The notes under the pieces: generated by a model
Told to the model about the DNA's origin: nothing
The model's database searches: none
Seen by the model: the letters and a program-made list of their open reading frames with translations, nothing else
Shown: one piece after another, positions 10,685 to 21,600 of the stretch
How positions within the stretch are numbered: the stretch's first letter is position 1
Layout of the letters: every line of letters begins with the position of its first letter
Position numbers and translations under genes: made by a program
Assembly (NCBI GenBank): GCA_018266795.1
Contig: JAFDZV010000036.1
Location: 26,971-90,970 of the forward strand
Direction of reading: 5' to 3'
Source: Bacteroidota bacterium
GTDB lineage: Bacteria > Bacteroidota > Ignavibacteria > OLB7
Length of the DNA: 64,000 nt

Positions 10685-13600
10685 ATGGCTTATTTCAATC
10701 GACATCCGGACTCCGCTCTCTACACCTCGTCGCAGGGATACGGCGGCGGTTACGTAGCGTTCTATCTCTACGGCGACGAGTTCCCGGAGACGCTGACGAT
10801 ACCGGACACGTGGGAGACCCGTGTGGGCTACTATCTCTTCCTGAAGGAGCCGCCTCCGGAGAACGGAATGACGACGTTCGTCGCCGCCGTCAACGGAGCG
10901 CTTTCCGGTTCCGAACCCTGCCATACCAGCTTTGTCTGGTACACCTACAATGGGGCGGATGGATCGCTTGTCGAGATCAAGACGGTGAGTACGAATGCCG
11001 TTCCCGTGGATGACGAGGAAGGGGAGGATCCGGACGAGGACGAGGGGGAGGAGGATTACGAGGACGAGTACACGGTGCTGGTAACGGAGACGGCGCTCTT
11101 CAACTTCGGTGGCTACAAGCTCCCCATCGGCGTGAACATGCGTGTGGTGTACGAGCGCGACGGGGGCAACGACGTCACCGGATTCATCTTCGAATATCCG
11201 GAGGATCCGCAGCCGCGGTATCCGGCGGAGGCAGTTGTCGGGCCGCCCGATCCGCAGCGCAATCTTCACCTGACGTTCAATGGGGATGGCCGAGGATGTT
11301 TCGAGGGGATAGGCTTCATCAGCGATTATTCCGACGATGAGGAAACCGGCTGGTATGTCGGACTGCGATATGTGCTGGCAGTTGGCTGCGGGCTTGTTCC
11401 CCAGTATTACCCGGTGTTCGATTTCGGCGATGAATTGCGTCCGCTGCTCGAGATGCGTTGGGATCCGACAAATCATCTCGATCGCAACCGAACATATCTG
11501 GCATTTACCGGAGAATCGATTGCGCTTGTGGAGGACCCTCCGGATTCCGGCGTGTTCCGGCTGGAGGTTCCGGACAGCCCGGAAATCCTTCCCACATTCT
11601 TTCGTACGGTTACCGGTGAGCGCATAGCCTTTATTCCGGTTACCGAGGGAGAAGGCCGGTCCAAGCTTCTGTTCGAGACACGCGATACGGCTCCGATTGA
11701 ATGCGGCGGCTTCTGCTACTATCTGGTGCCTGCCGGCGAGTTCGAACTGCTGCTGCTGGACGAGTGCGGCGACCCGCTGACGCTTGCTTCCCAGAAGGCG
11801 GAAATGCCCGCCCGCTTCATGTGCGGCCTCTCCGGCATCGAGTCGGTGGGTTTCATGCCGCGCAACGAGTGCTTCGATGGCGATCGCATTCTCTTTGTTC
11901 CGCATTGCGATGCCTTCGTGCCGGCGTTTCCGATCAACGGAAACGGGGGCGGCCTTCCGGATCTCGACGCATTGCGTCTGATTGTGGAAGGGGAGTGCAC
12001 TGCGTGGGTTGGATTCATCGGGCCGAACGGCGAGGCGCGCGAGTTCGTGTACTATGCCCAGCCGGAGGATGCTCCACTCTACACGCGGCCCGGTGTTATC
12101 GCGGGAAGTGCACCGCTTCCGCTTATGGAGCCCGTGGCAGCGCTGTTCGAATCGGTATGCAGCCAGACCTGCTTTCCGGTGGCGCCGCCGGCGGGGGCTT
12201 ATCCTTCCGTTGATGCACCGAACCGTCCAACGTTTCTGAGCGCTCTGGAGCATCAGATCATAGGCCCCTGGCGCCGTGATGTGATCCGCAGAACGGCTGC
12301 GACGGCGCCGGATATCATGGAGCCGGCGACGTCCAAGCCAAGCGGCACTGGTGCCACCCCGCAGGGGTTGATCGCCGATGTTGCAGTGGATTCCTGGACG
12401 TCGCTTCTCCTGGCACAGAACCAGCGGACAAGCACTGTTCTGCGATTCTGGTATCCGGATGAGACACTGAAGGCAGCGTTCCAGACAAACCAGTTGTTCC
12501 TGGTTGCATCGCTCGCGAGCCATTTCACGATACCGAATCCGCAGCAGCCAACGGACAGGCGCTTCGAATCGCGGGTGAACATGGCGGATTGGAAGTTCGA
12601 CCTCAAGCTGTCGGGGAACCAGTTTCAGCGTCTCGACAATCCTGCGGCAGATGATTTCCATGATCTCAACAACACGCTGATCTTCAAGTTCTCGCCCGGC
12701 TCCATCTCAAGCCGGCTGCGCGATCCACGTTCGTGGACCAATCCCGGTGACTTCAATCGTACCAACGATGGGCTGCTCGATCTTCTCGCGCAGCGTCTCT
12801 CGGCATATGTCGCATATGCCAGAACACTTGCCTCCAGCAACGATCCCAAGGTCAGGGCCAGATATGCGCCGTTCATCGAGGTGATCGATGACGATGAATG
12901 GACCGGGATAATCGGTGTGAATATCTCGATCGACATGCAGCTGCTTCCATCGCAGTTGAGTGCATTGAGCGCAGGGGTTGATCAGAATTTCTTCGTGGCG
13001 CATCACATCGTGGTGGAGACAAGCTATGTGAAATTCTCCGAGCAGGGACAGGGACTCATGCCCGCCGAATGCTCGCTGTTTGGTCTGGTGGATTACAAGA
13101 GGCGGCAACCGGCTGTGCCACAGGGAGACGGCGGTAACACTGCTCCTGCGGCGGACTTCGATTTCTCCGTGAGCGACTTCCTCGCCGTGTTCCGTAACGG
13201 GTTGCTCAAGGAGTTCTCGTGCGCCGCAGATCTGAAGATCAACAGATTGTTCGGGGACAACATTACCGGGCTGACCGGAAATGATGGCGCAACGAACAAC
13301 GGTATTCGTCTGATCGGCCAGTACGATGCGCTCAGCAACACGCCGTCGTACGTGTTCACTCTGGAGGGTGGCGGGCAGTTCCAGCTTCAGAGCGCCATTC
13401 TCGAGTGGGTGGAGATTCGCAAGGCGCAGTTCTCGGTTCGGGAGGAGGCCGTGCCCAACAGGGGAAAGGACATGTATTGTGCCTTCGTCTTCTGGGGGGT
13501 CATGAAATTCCGCAGCATGGGGCTGACGGGGGACGCCGGGAACCTGGATATTTTCTCCTACGATGCGCTTGCATTCGAAGGAATGGCGCTGCGTATGAAG

Positions 13601-14260
13601 TTCAACATGGATTCGCCATCCGACAGGACATTTACCTTCGACAGCAGAACGATCGCTCTGGATACGGCCCCCGCGGTAACTATTCCGCGCGGCCAGAGCC
13701 TCGCAAAGAAATTCCCGATGCGGCTGCAGACGTTCATGTCATCGGACGCGGGGAAATTGCCCAAGGACCTGGGATACGTGGCTGTGGGTACGCAGTTGGC
13801 AGCGCAGCCGGTTGCGGCGCCATGGTATGGTCTCGACTATACGCTGAACCTCGGCACACTTGGTGAGTTTGCCGCCAATGCCGGGATTACCGTGCAGCTT
13901 GCCGTTACGTGGAGCCCTGGAGGGCCTTCGCAGCCACGCGCCCAGGTGTGGTTGAAGTTCCCGGGTGTCGGCGGCATCGGGAATGATCTGTTCAGCCTGG
14001 AGGGGGTCGTGAAATTTTCTGCGAGCTCGTACAGCCTGAAGGCCTTCACTGACGACGACGATATCGGATACCTGCTGACGCTGAACAGTATGGCGCTCCG
14101 CATTCTCGGCGTTGGAATTCCGTTCGGAGGCGGGCCGAATATCTACGTCTTCGGTCCGCCCAAGAGCCCGGCCCTGCTGAGCCCTACGGCAACGCCGAGC
14201 GACGATGCCCTGGGCTGGTTTGCCGTGTATCCGAAGCCTGCACCTCCGGGCGGCGGCTGA
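10685..14260 (+). CDS. Hypothetical large protein (1,191 aa) with a poly-acidic insert; family not recognised
   Basis: Long ORF. I prefer the ATG at 10685 (MAYFNRHPDS...) because the 68 codons from the track's TTG at 10481 are Arg/Pro-rich and look non-coding. Acidic run DDEEGEDPDEDEGEEDYEDEY at 11009-11070. No signal peptide, no TM segment, no YD/RHS repeats seen. Confidence 0.75.
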   Translation: MAYFNRHPDSALYTSSQGYGGGYVAFYLYGDEFPETLTIPDTWETRVGYYLFLKEPPPENGMTTFVAAVNGALSGSEPCHTSFVWYTYNGADGSLVEIKTVSTNAVPVDDEEGEDPDEDEGEEDYEDEYTVLVTETALFNFGGYKLPIGVNMRVVYERDGGNDVTGFIFEYPEDPQPRYPAEAVVGPPDPQRNLHLTFNGDGRGCFEGIGFISDYSDDEETGWYVGLRYVLAVGCGLVPQYYPVFDFGDELRPLLEMRWDPTNHLDRNRTYLAFTGESIALVEDPPDSGVFRLEVPDSPEILPTFFRTVTGERIAFIPVTEGEGRSKLLFETRDTAPIECGGFCYYLVPAGEFELLLLDECGDPLTLASQKAEMPARFMCGLSGIESVGFMPRNECFDGDRILFVPHCDAFVPAFPINGNGGGLPDLDALRLIVEGECTAWVGFIGPNGEAREFVYYAQPEDAPLYTRPGVIAGSAPLPLMEPVAALFESVCSQTCFPVAPPAGAYPSVDAPNRPTFLSALEHQIIGPWRRDVIRRTAATAPDIMEPATSKPSGTGATPQGLIADVAVDSWTSLLLAQNQRTSTVLRFWYPDETLKAAFQTNQLFLVASLASHFTIPNPQQPTDRRFESRVNMADWKFDLKLSGNQFQRLDNPAADDFHDLNNTLIFKFSPGSISSRLRDPRSWTNPGDFNRTNDGLLDLLAQRLSAYVAYARTLASSNDPKVRARYAPFIEVIDDDEWTGIIGVNISIDMQLLPSQLSALSAGVDQNFFVAHHIVVETSYVKFSEQGQGLMPAECSLFGLVDYKRRQPAVPQGDGGNTAPAADFDFSVSDFLAVFRNGLLKEFSCAADLKINRLFGDNITGLTGNDGATNNGIRLIGQYDALSNTPSYVFTLEGGGQFQLQSAILEWVEIRKAQFSVREEAVPNRGKDMYCAFVFWGVMKFRSMGLTGDAGNLDIFSYDALAFEGMALRMKFNMDSPSDRTFTFDSRTIALDTAPAVTIPRGQSLAKKFPMRLQTFMSSDAGKLPKDLGYVAVGTQLAAQPVAAPWYGLDYTLNLGTLGEFAANAGITVQLAVTWSPGGPSQPRAQVWLKFPGVGGIGNDLFSLEGVVKFSASSYSLKAFTDDDDIGYLLTLNSMALRILGVGIPFGGGPNIYVFGPPKSPALLSPTATPSDDALGWFAVYPKPAPPGGG

Positions 14261-14371
14261 GGTATGCGTGCGATCGTACACCTGGCCAGGCCCGAAATGC
14301 CGGGGACACGGATCCCGCCTGAAGAGAGAACGAACCATCACAACAAACAGTCACGACTCAGGAGAGAAGCC

Positions 14372-15637
14372 ATGCGCAGAATCAATGCGGCGGTATATCT
14401 GCTGCTGTTAACCATAGCGGTCGCAGCGCACGCTGCTCCAATGCAGACCTTGAAGATATACCACATCGGTGTGGGGCAGGGAGATTGCACATTCATCATC
14501 GCGAAAAAGGAACAGTCCAGGAAAGCACCAATCGTTGTCAGTGCGTTGATCGATGTTGGTTCCGGGCCGATCGTGCGAGCGGGGCGCGATCCAGCGTTGC
14601 TTTGGGCTGCCCTCCTGCAGATTATGGGCGAGAATTCAGTGCCGACGATCAATTATCTGATTCTCTCGCACCTGGATGAAGATCACATGGGGGCAGCGGA
14701 GGGATTGCTGTACGTTCTCGAGCGTCCCAATTTCAAGAAATATGCCAAGGGAATGATTGTGGTGGACAGAGGATGGCTGGACCCATCGACGAAGCCGACG
14801 GGGACAATCTATACCGGATTCGAGGGGCGTTTCGGAACCGGAAAGCCGTGGAGGCGGAAGAAGATTGATGTGAAGGAGAATTTGTTCGATGGCTACTTCG
14901 ACAACATGAAAATGTGGTGCGTTGCCGCCAACGGAGTGTCGCTGCAACCGAGAAATGGTGATCCGACAAAATGGAACAGGAGAGTGCTTGTACCGTCTGG
15001 TTCCCTGAATGAGAACGATCGCTGTTACGGTTTTCTGATCGAGTTCGATGGCTTCCGGTACTTCACGGCCGGCGATATGACCGGGTACGACGTCGACAGC
15101 CAGCACAATATCGAGCTTGGGTTCTCCGATTTTCTTACCCAGTGCATGCAGCGTGCGCAGCCCTCGGATGGGAACTGCCATGTCTGCTGCCTGAAGGTAA
15201 ATCACCACGGCAGTATCAACAGCACCAACCCGGATTTCGTGACCGCCACAAAGCCGAGGCTTGCGGTATTCTCGTCGGGTCTTCAGATGTTCAGCAACGG
15301 GCGACTACCACAGCAGGCCGTTGCAACACGGCTTCGGACAAATAACGCAGCGTGCAGTTTCTTCTACACCTACTGTCCCACGAATATTGCCGATCCGTAC
15401 GACGGTACGGTTCAGGACAACGATCCACTTTTCTTTACCGATCAACTGGATCGATGGCAGGATATCGTTGTCTCTGTTTCCCGCCCGAGTGCAAATCTCG
15501 TGGCAAATCGATTATACGGCGATGATATCACGATGAAGGTACAGGCCTGCTATCGTGATCGGTCCACGTTTGCCCGCACATCCAATCTGCGTGATCTGCC
15601 GGACGTTGTCTGCAGCAAGAAACACCCTGCACCGTAA
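14372..15637 (+). CDS. Secreted metallo-beta-lactamase-fold hydrolase, ComEC/Rec2 C-terminal-domain-like (421 aa)
   Basis: ATG at 14372 is preceded by GGAGAG. N-terminal signal peptide MRRINAAVYLLLLTIAVAAHAAP. The strand HIGVGQGDCTFII is typical of ComEC-type MBL domains, and the metal motif is LSHLDEDHMGG (HxDxDH-like). A later KVNHHGS motif is also present. Confidence 0.75.
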   Translation: MRRINAAVYLLLLTIAVAAHAAPMQTLKIYHIGVGQGDCTFIIAKKEQSRKAPIVVSALIDVGSGPIVRAGRDPALLWAALLQIMGENSVPTINYLILSHLDEDHMGAAEGLLYVLERPNFKKYAKGMIVVDRGWLDPSTKPTGTIYTGFEGRFGTGKPWRRKKIDVKENLFDGYFDNMKMWCVAANGVSLQPRNGDPTKWNRRVLVPSGSLNENDRCYGFLIEFDGFRYFTAGDMTGYDVDSQHNIELGFSDFLTQCMQRAQPSDGNCHVCCLKVNHHGSINSTNPDFVTATKPRLAVFSSGLQMFSNGRLPQQAVATRLRTNNAACSFFYTYCPTNIADPYDGTVQDNDPLFFTDQLDRWQDIVVSVSRPSANLVANRLYGDDITMKVQACYRDRSTFARTSNLRDLPDVVCSKKHPAP

Positions 15638-15653
15638 ACAGAGGAAGACTGCC

Positions 15654-18600
15654 ATGAGCCTTCAAACCTTCTACAATTCGCTTGGTGGAGACACCCCGCC
15701 GAATCCGATTGTCTTTGAGCTGGATGAGGATACTGTCGATCCGATCCTGATGCTGCTTACGCTCCTCGAGGTGGATCGGCTGGAGGTCGACATCGTTGGT
15801 GAGGGTGAGCATGATCCGCCATTCGGCATGGTATATACCGCGGACGACCAACCCATGACGATTCGTGGGAGCGCCGAGATGTACGGTGTTGCAACGACCG
15901 TGCTTCTTGTGTTCGTTCAGGACGCCGAGACCGATGCAATCCAGGGAACCCTTACAGCAGCGCTTGATATTACTTCGATTCAGGCGCTCTCGGATTCCGG
16001 TATCGCCGTCATCGCCAACATGGCGGACATCGCTGCGATGCCCGAAGCCGGAGTAGTGCTGGAGGTACTGGGCAATCTTTCGTTGACCACGTCGACGGCC
16101 GATCGCACGTTCGTTGTTCAGTCCGGGATCAAGGACGGAACCACCCGTGTGTTCCAGTCGCCCGCGGTTTCATTTACCGGATTGAACGTACGGGTTGATC
16201 GCGTCATTGGCGATCCGGCCTCGGAAGATGGGCCTGGTGCTCCTGTCACGACGTTGAGTGTAAAGGGGGCGTTCACGGTCTGCGGCCAGGCGCTGGACGT
16301 GACGGTGGATATTCCCGTTGGGGGAGTGGGCTCCACAATGTGGCGCTTCGCATTCACCAGTCCAACCGGATTCGGTCTCGATTCGCTTGTGGATCTGCTC
16401 AATGCATTCGGTGTCGGCGGGCAATTCGCTGCACTTCCCGATCGCATCAGATTGCTCTCCGCATTCCGGTTCATGGGCTTCGAGGTGATCGCCGATCCCT
16501 TCCCGTCGATCGCAAGCATCGAGGTCCTCTTTGCGATCACCGGCGACTGGAACGTCGTAGACACCGTTACGCTGCACAATATTACGTGCTCGCTGCTGGT
16601 CCAGAATCCGTTCAACGGACCATCTGCGCTTCTGAGGGCGAGCGGTGTGTTTACCGTTGGCGGCATTGATCTGGGGACGACACTGCTTATCCCGATAGGT
16701 GGTGGTAACTGGCTCGTGCGGTGTACAACCGACAGCGACAGCATCAATCTGCTCACGATGTCGCAACTGCCGGGGCGCTTCGACCTGAGCTCGCTTCAGG
16801 CACCGATCGGCACACAACAGCAGCTCGATGTTGTTCTGAACGATCTTACGGTTGTCTTCAATCCCATTGCGCGCACAATTGGAGCGATCTCGATCGCAGT
16901 GCGATATGCGGCTACGTGGAATGCCCTTGTCTACAATGGCGAGACGGTACTGAGCGTAACCAATCCTCAGTTCGTGATCGCCATCGATTCACCTCTGTCG
17001 AATAATCGCCGCGTCACGGCAAGCATCTCAGGGTTCGTGGCCTTTTACGATCTGATCAATGCGAGTTTCGAGATGACCAGATCGGGAGGAAGGTGGGCGT
17101 TTGCCGCCGAGACCACCAAACCGATTCGTCTCCAGGCGATCTTCGACAAGTTTTTTCCAACGTATCCGGAGTGGCTGGACGCGATCAAGGGATTTTCAAT
17201 CACCCAGATCGTGTTCAATTATACGACGTCGGGCGGGAGCCAGCCCGGTGTCTTCAATCTGAGTGCCCGCATCGAGGCCAATTGGGATTATGCACTCGGC
17301 GGCCAGACCGGTTCCATTCAACTGACCTCCATCAGCGCATCGGTTGGATCGCAGCCCGATCCTGCTCAGCCTGCGCAGCGGATCTGGACGTTCGCCGTTG
17401 CCGGCACCGTGCGCCTGTACGACACGTTCAACCTGACAGGCTCGTTCCAGTATCGTACAGGCAATGGTCCCGGATCGGGTGCCGAGATCGCCGTCGAGTT
17501 CGATGGCGTGCGTGGTGTCTACAACTCCACCAACAAGCGCATCGACGTCTCACTCGGGAATCGCACCGTCGGCGATCTGGTAAATACGCTCAACCGATTG
17601 GTCAACGGTCCCGCCACGCCGGACTATCAGTTCGAGTCGCCATGGGATCTCGTTGCCGGCATCAGCCTGCAGGGGCTGGTATTCAGCTTCTACTTCGACG
17701 GCAACAGCCAGAAGCGCTGCGGTATCACCTATCGTTTCCCGACGCCCGTCGATCTCGGCTTCATGAAGATTGTCTCGGTCTCGGTGATTGTGACGACCAC
17801 CAAGAAGATTCGCTTCGAGGCCGACGTGATTCCGTTCACGGCAACAACGCCGTCGCCGTTCGGATGGAATCTCGATGATGCGAATGTCCCGAAGCCGCCG
17901 GGCCGCTCGGCACGCATCCTCGATCTCAAGTACCTCGGCATCGGCCAGCGGCTCGAGCTGATGTCGGCGAATGCCACCCGCTCCGTTGACGACGGGATCG
18001 CTGCGATGAAGACCGCGTTCGCGATCCCGTCGGCAACCAGCCATCCGCTTACAGGCATGCAGGCCGGCCTGCGCTACAACCCGCAGATGAACTGGCTTGT
18101 GGGGGCGGACTTCCAGTTGTTCGGGGCGTTGGCGATCGGCTTCATCTTCAACGACAGCAACATAGCCGGTGTGCGCGTTGGCGTGGATGGCGATCGCTTC
18201 CGCTATCTCGGCGGCCTGAAGTTCGAGATCCTCTACAAGAAGGTAACCGAGAGCATCGGCGTGTACCAGATGGAGATCCGCGTGCCGGATTCCATCCGCC
18301 AGATCGAGCTGGGGCAGGTTTCGATCACGCTTCCGATCATCGCCTTCGAACTCTACACGAACGGCAATTTCAAGGTGGACTTCGGATTTCCGAAGGACAA
18401 TGACTTCTCCCGTTCGTTCATGATTCAGGTGTTTCCATTCCTGGGAGCCGGTGGTTTCTACTTTGCGCTGCTGGAGGGGGCAACATCGCCGCGTCTGCCG
18501 GCCAACTACAATCCGAACACCGGTGTGTTCCGTCCCGTGTTGTCGTTCGGCATCGGGCTCAGTCTGGGAGTGGGCAAGAGCATCAACCGCGGCATCTTCT

Positions 18601-21600
18601 CGGCGCAGCTCAGCATCACATTCGAGGGAATTCTGGAAGGGGTGATCGGCTTCTTCAACCCGACGAGCGGGAGCGGAACCGAGATCTACTACTGGCTTCA
18701 GGGCACGCTCGGCGTGGTTGGCCGGATCCAGGGAAGCGTGAGCTTCGCCGTCATTTCCGCAAGCGTCTCGCTGGTTGTGTACGCGCGTATCGGGGCCACA
18801 TTCGAATCATACCAACCACTCGTGCTCTTCTTCGAGGCCGGTGTGGATGTGAACCTTACGGTGCGCATCGGCGTTGGCTGGCTGAGCACCGATGTCAGTT
18901 GCTCCTTCTCCACCAGCATCCGCGAGTCGTTCACGATCCCGGTGCGCGGCAATGGAACGGCGCCGTGGGTTGGCGGCGGCCAGCATGCGTTGGGCCACGG
19001 CGCCGGGCCGCACGGTATGATCGGATCGAGTGCGGTGGCGCCGAAGGAAATGGGGGTTCTCCGCTGGAGAACGATCGACATGGCCGGCACGGGCGACGAA
19101 GTTCTTCTGGAGTTCCGTCCGATGTATACCGTGGCGGAAGGGCCGAACGGCCAGAAGTCCAACTACGTGGCAATGCTGTTTCTGCGCAGTGCATCGCAAT
19201 CGGAACGCGAGAACGACCATCGGACTGTCAACGAGATTCAGGCAACGGACTTTGAGGCGCTTGCAACCGGCATGTTGGTGTGGGCGATCAATGCATCGGT
19301 GAATGCCAACAACCAGACTGCCGTCAATGCGGGCAACATCGAGACCGAACTCCTTAACAAGGACGTCCGGATTGATCACCTGCAGGAAGTGTTCGATTCT
19401 CTGGCACGCCGGGCAGGAGCGGCTGCGAGTTTCGAGACGCAGCAACTGCTGGATTTCCTCCACCTGTATTTCACGATGGTGATCGTCCCATTGCAGCAGA
19501 ACCGGCATTCACCGAATGGTGGCAGCTCCGATGACCGGCCCACGCTGGCAGTGTTCCCAATGCCGCCGGACCTGGAACTGAAGGCGTTCTACGATGACGC
19601 GACCGTGGCCGACATCGACTTCGCCTCCTACAACATGGTACCGGACAGCTATTCCGGCGAGATCGCCAACCACTTCAAGGAAATCGCCATGCAGTTCCAG
19701 ACAGGGCTGGAAGCGAGCGTTGACGCGAATGAAATGCAGGCTGCGCCGGAGTATACGGGCGACGAAGAGTCCATGGCATCCTATGTCTTCGACGACTATT
19801 TCATGCTCCTTGCGCGTGGGGTGGTACATGCGGCCATGGATCTGCTGAAGAATTATTCGATTAAATCTGCCGGGGAGACTCTTGCCGCCCTGGCGACCAC
19901 CTATGGGGTTTCCCCGGGTGAGGTGGGCGTTGCAAATGCGGATCTGGCGATCACCGCACCGGCCACACTGCAGCTTGGCGGTGTGGCGGTAACCACGACG
20001 GCTACCGATACGCTCGCGGCATTGGCCTCGGACAGGGGGTTCCCGAACGACAATGGTTTCCTGGAGAGCCTCGGTCGCCTGAATGCGCTCACACCCGGAC
20101 TCGTGGCAACGGACACGGCGATCACGATCGGCGACGACTCAATCGATGTTGCAGAAAACGAGACGTTGTACTCCATGGCGACGAGGCTCCATGCTTCACC
20201 GGGTGCGGTTGCCGTCACGATTGCATCGCGGCAGGTGCTCAATGCCGATACGAGGCTGCTTCTTCCAACGGTTCCAACCACGTATCTCACCGTTGGGAGC
20301 GAGCCCAATCTGCGCTGGATCGCGTCCAACTACGTTGCAACGCCGGACTTCCAGTTCGAGACGGACTTCGCGCTCGCGAACGCGTTCGTTCCGGGGATCT
20401 TCGTTCCGGGAACCATCTTCACGATGGCGACCGGAGATGCGTACCAATCCATCGCGTCCGACTCGCTTGCAACAATTGCGGCGGCGGTGGGCTTCACCGT
20501 GGAATCGGTGGCGGGAGCCAGCAACGAGCTTTCCGGCATCATCGCTCCCGGAGTTCGCCTTACCATCCCTCCGGTGTCGGTTGCGCTGGAGGGTGCGCCA
20601 ACGTTGCGCCAGGTGCAGACAACCTATGGAGCCGGCATCGCGGCAGTGGCTGCGGCCAACGCCGCAACCCTTGTGCTGGGTGCGGCGGGCGGTTGCATTG
20701 AGCTGCCGAATGTGAAGAAGATCAAGATCGGAACGCTGAGGAAGGAAATGCTGCAGCGCGATCTGTTGATCGATCTTGGCGGCACGGTCTCGCGATTCAT
20801 GGTGCCGGGCCTGCGGCTGCCGCTCCCGACGCAGCAGCAGAATCCCGAGCCCGGCCTGTGGCCGAACTGCGAACCGGATGGATTGTATCGCCTTACCGGC
20901 CAGCAATTCGAGTTGGACAACCCGCTCGGCGGGCAGAACGGACCCGATCTGGATGTTATGCTGGTTGGCGGAGCCAACGCAGGCTGGTATTCGATGCGCG
21001 GGGACGCGGAGAACTACGAGAACCCCGAGAACGACGAGGTGTATGAAAATCCTGTGCGTGTCACGCTCGAGTGGGCTGACCTCGACAAGCTCGATCAGCT
21101 TGCCGCAGAGCAATTGCTGGTTGACGCGTCGCCCTACCGGAAGATCCCGATGTCGCAGACGCAGTTGAAGCGCTTCCCGCTTGGGCGTCCCGTGCAGATT
21201 CAGATGTCCGGTGCGTTTGCCTATGCCGTTGGAACGGCTCCCAACGGCGTGTTGCCGACCATCCTCAACTTCTCCGAGGGAATGCGCCGCGTGCTGGCGG
21301 TGGCCAGGAATCCGGAGCAGCGTTTCGATCTCGCGCTGGAGCGGCCGGACGGATCCGCTGCGGCGCTGAACGTCTACTCCTGGGCTACGGCAATCACCGT
21401 GAAGGTGCGTCGCGTTCGCCTGCCCGATGGTTCCATTGCTGCAATGACCTACGAGCTGGACGGTGCCGACGCCGAGGGGACGCTGACGCTGGAGAAGATC
21501 GTTGCCAGGGGAGGAACGTCCGGCTTCGGGTTCATTCAGGATATACATCTTCTCTTTGCCGGCCAGGGAGTTGGAGCGTTGCAGACCGACGGGCCGAATG

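Noticed and set aside
10667-12661. 664-aa antisense ORF opposite the 1,191-aa gene
   Set aside because: Arg/His-rich composition with no motifs. The sense ORF is twice as long and has protein-like composition.
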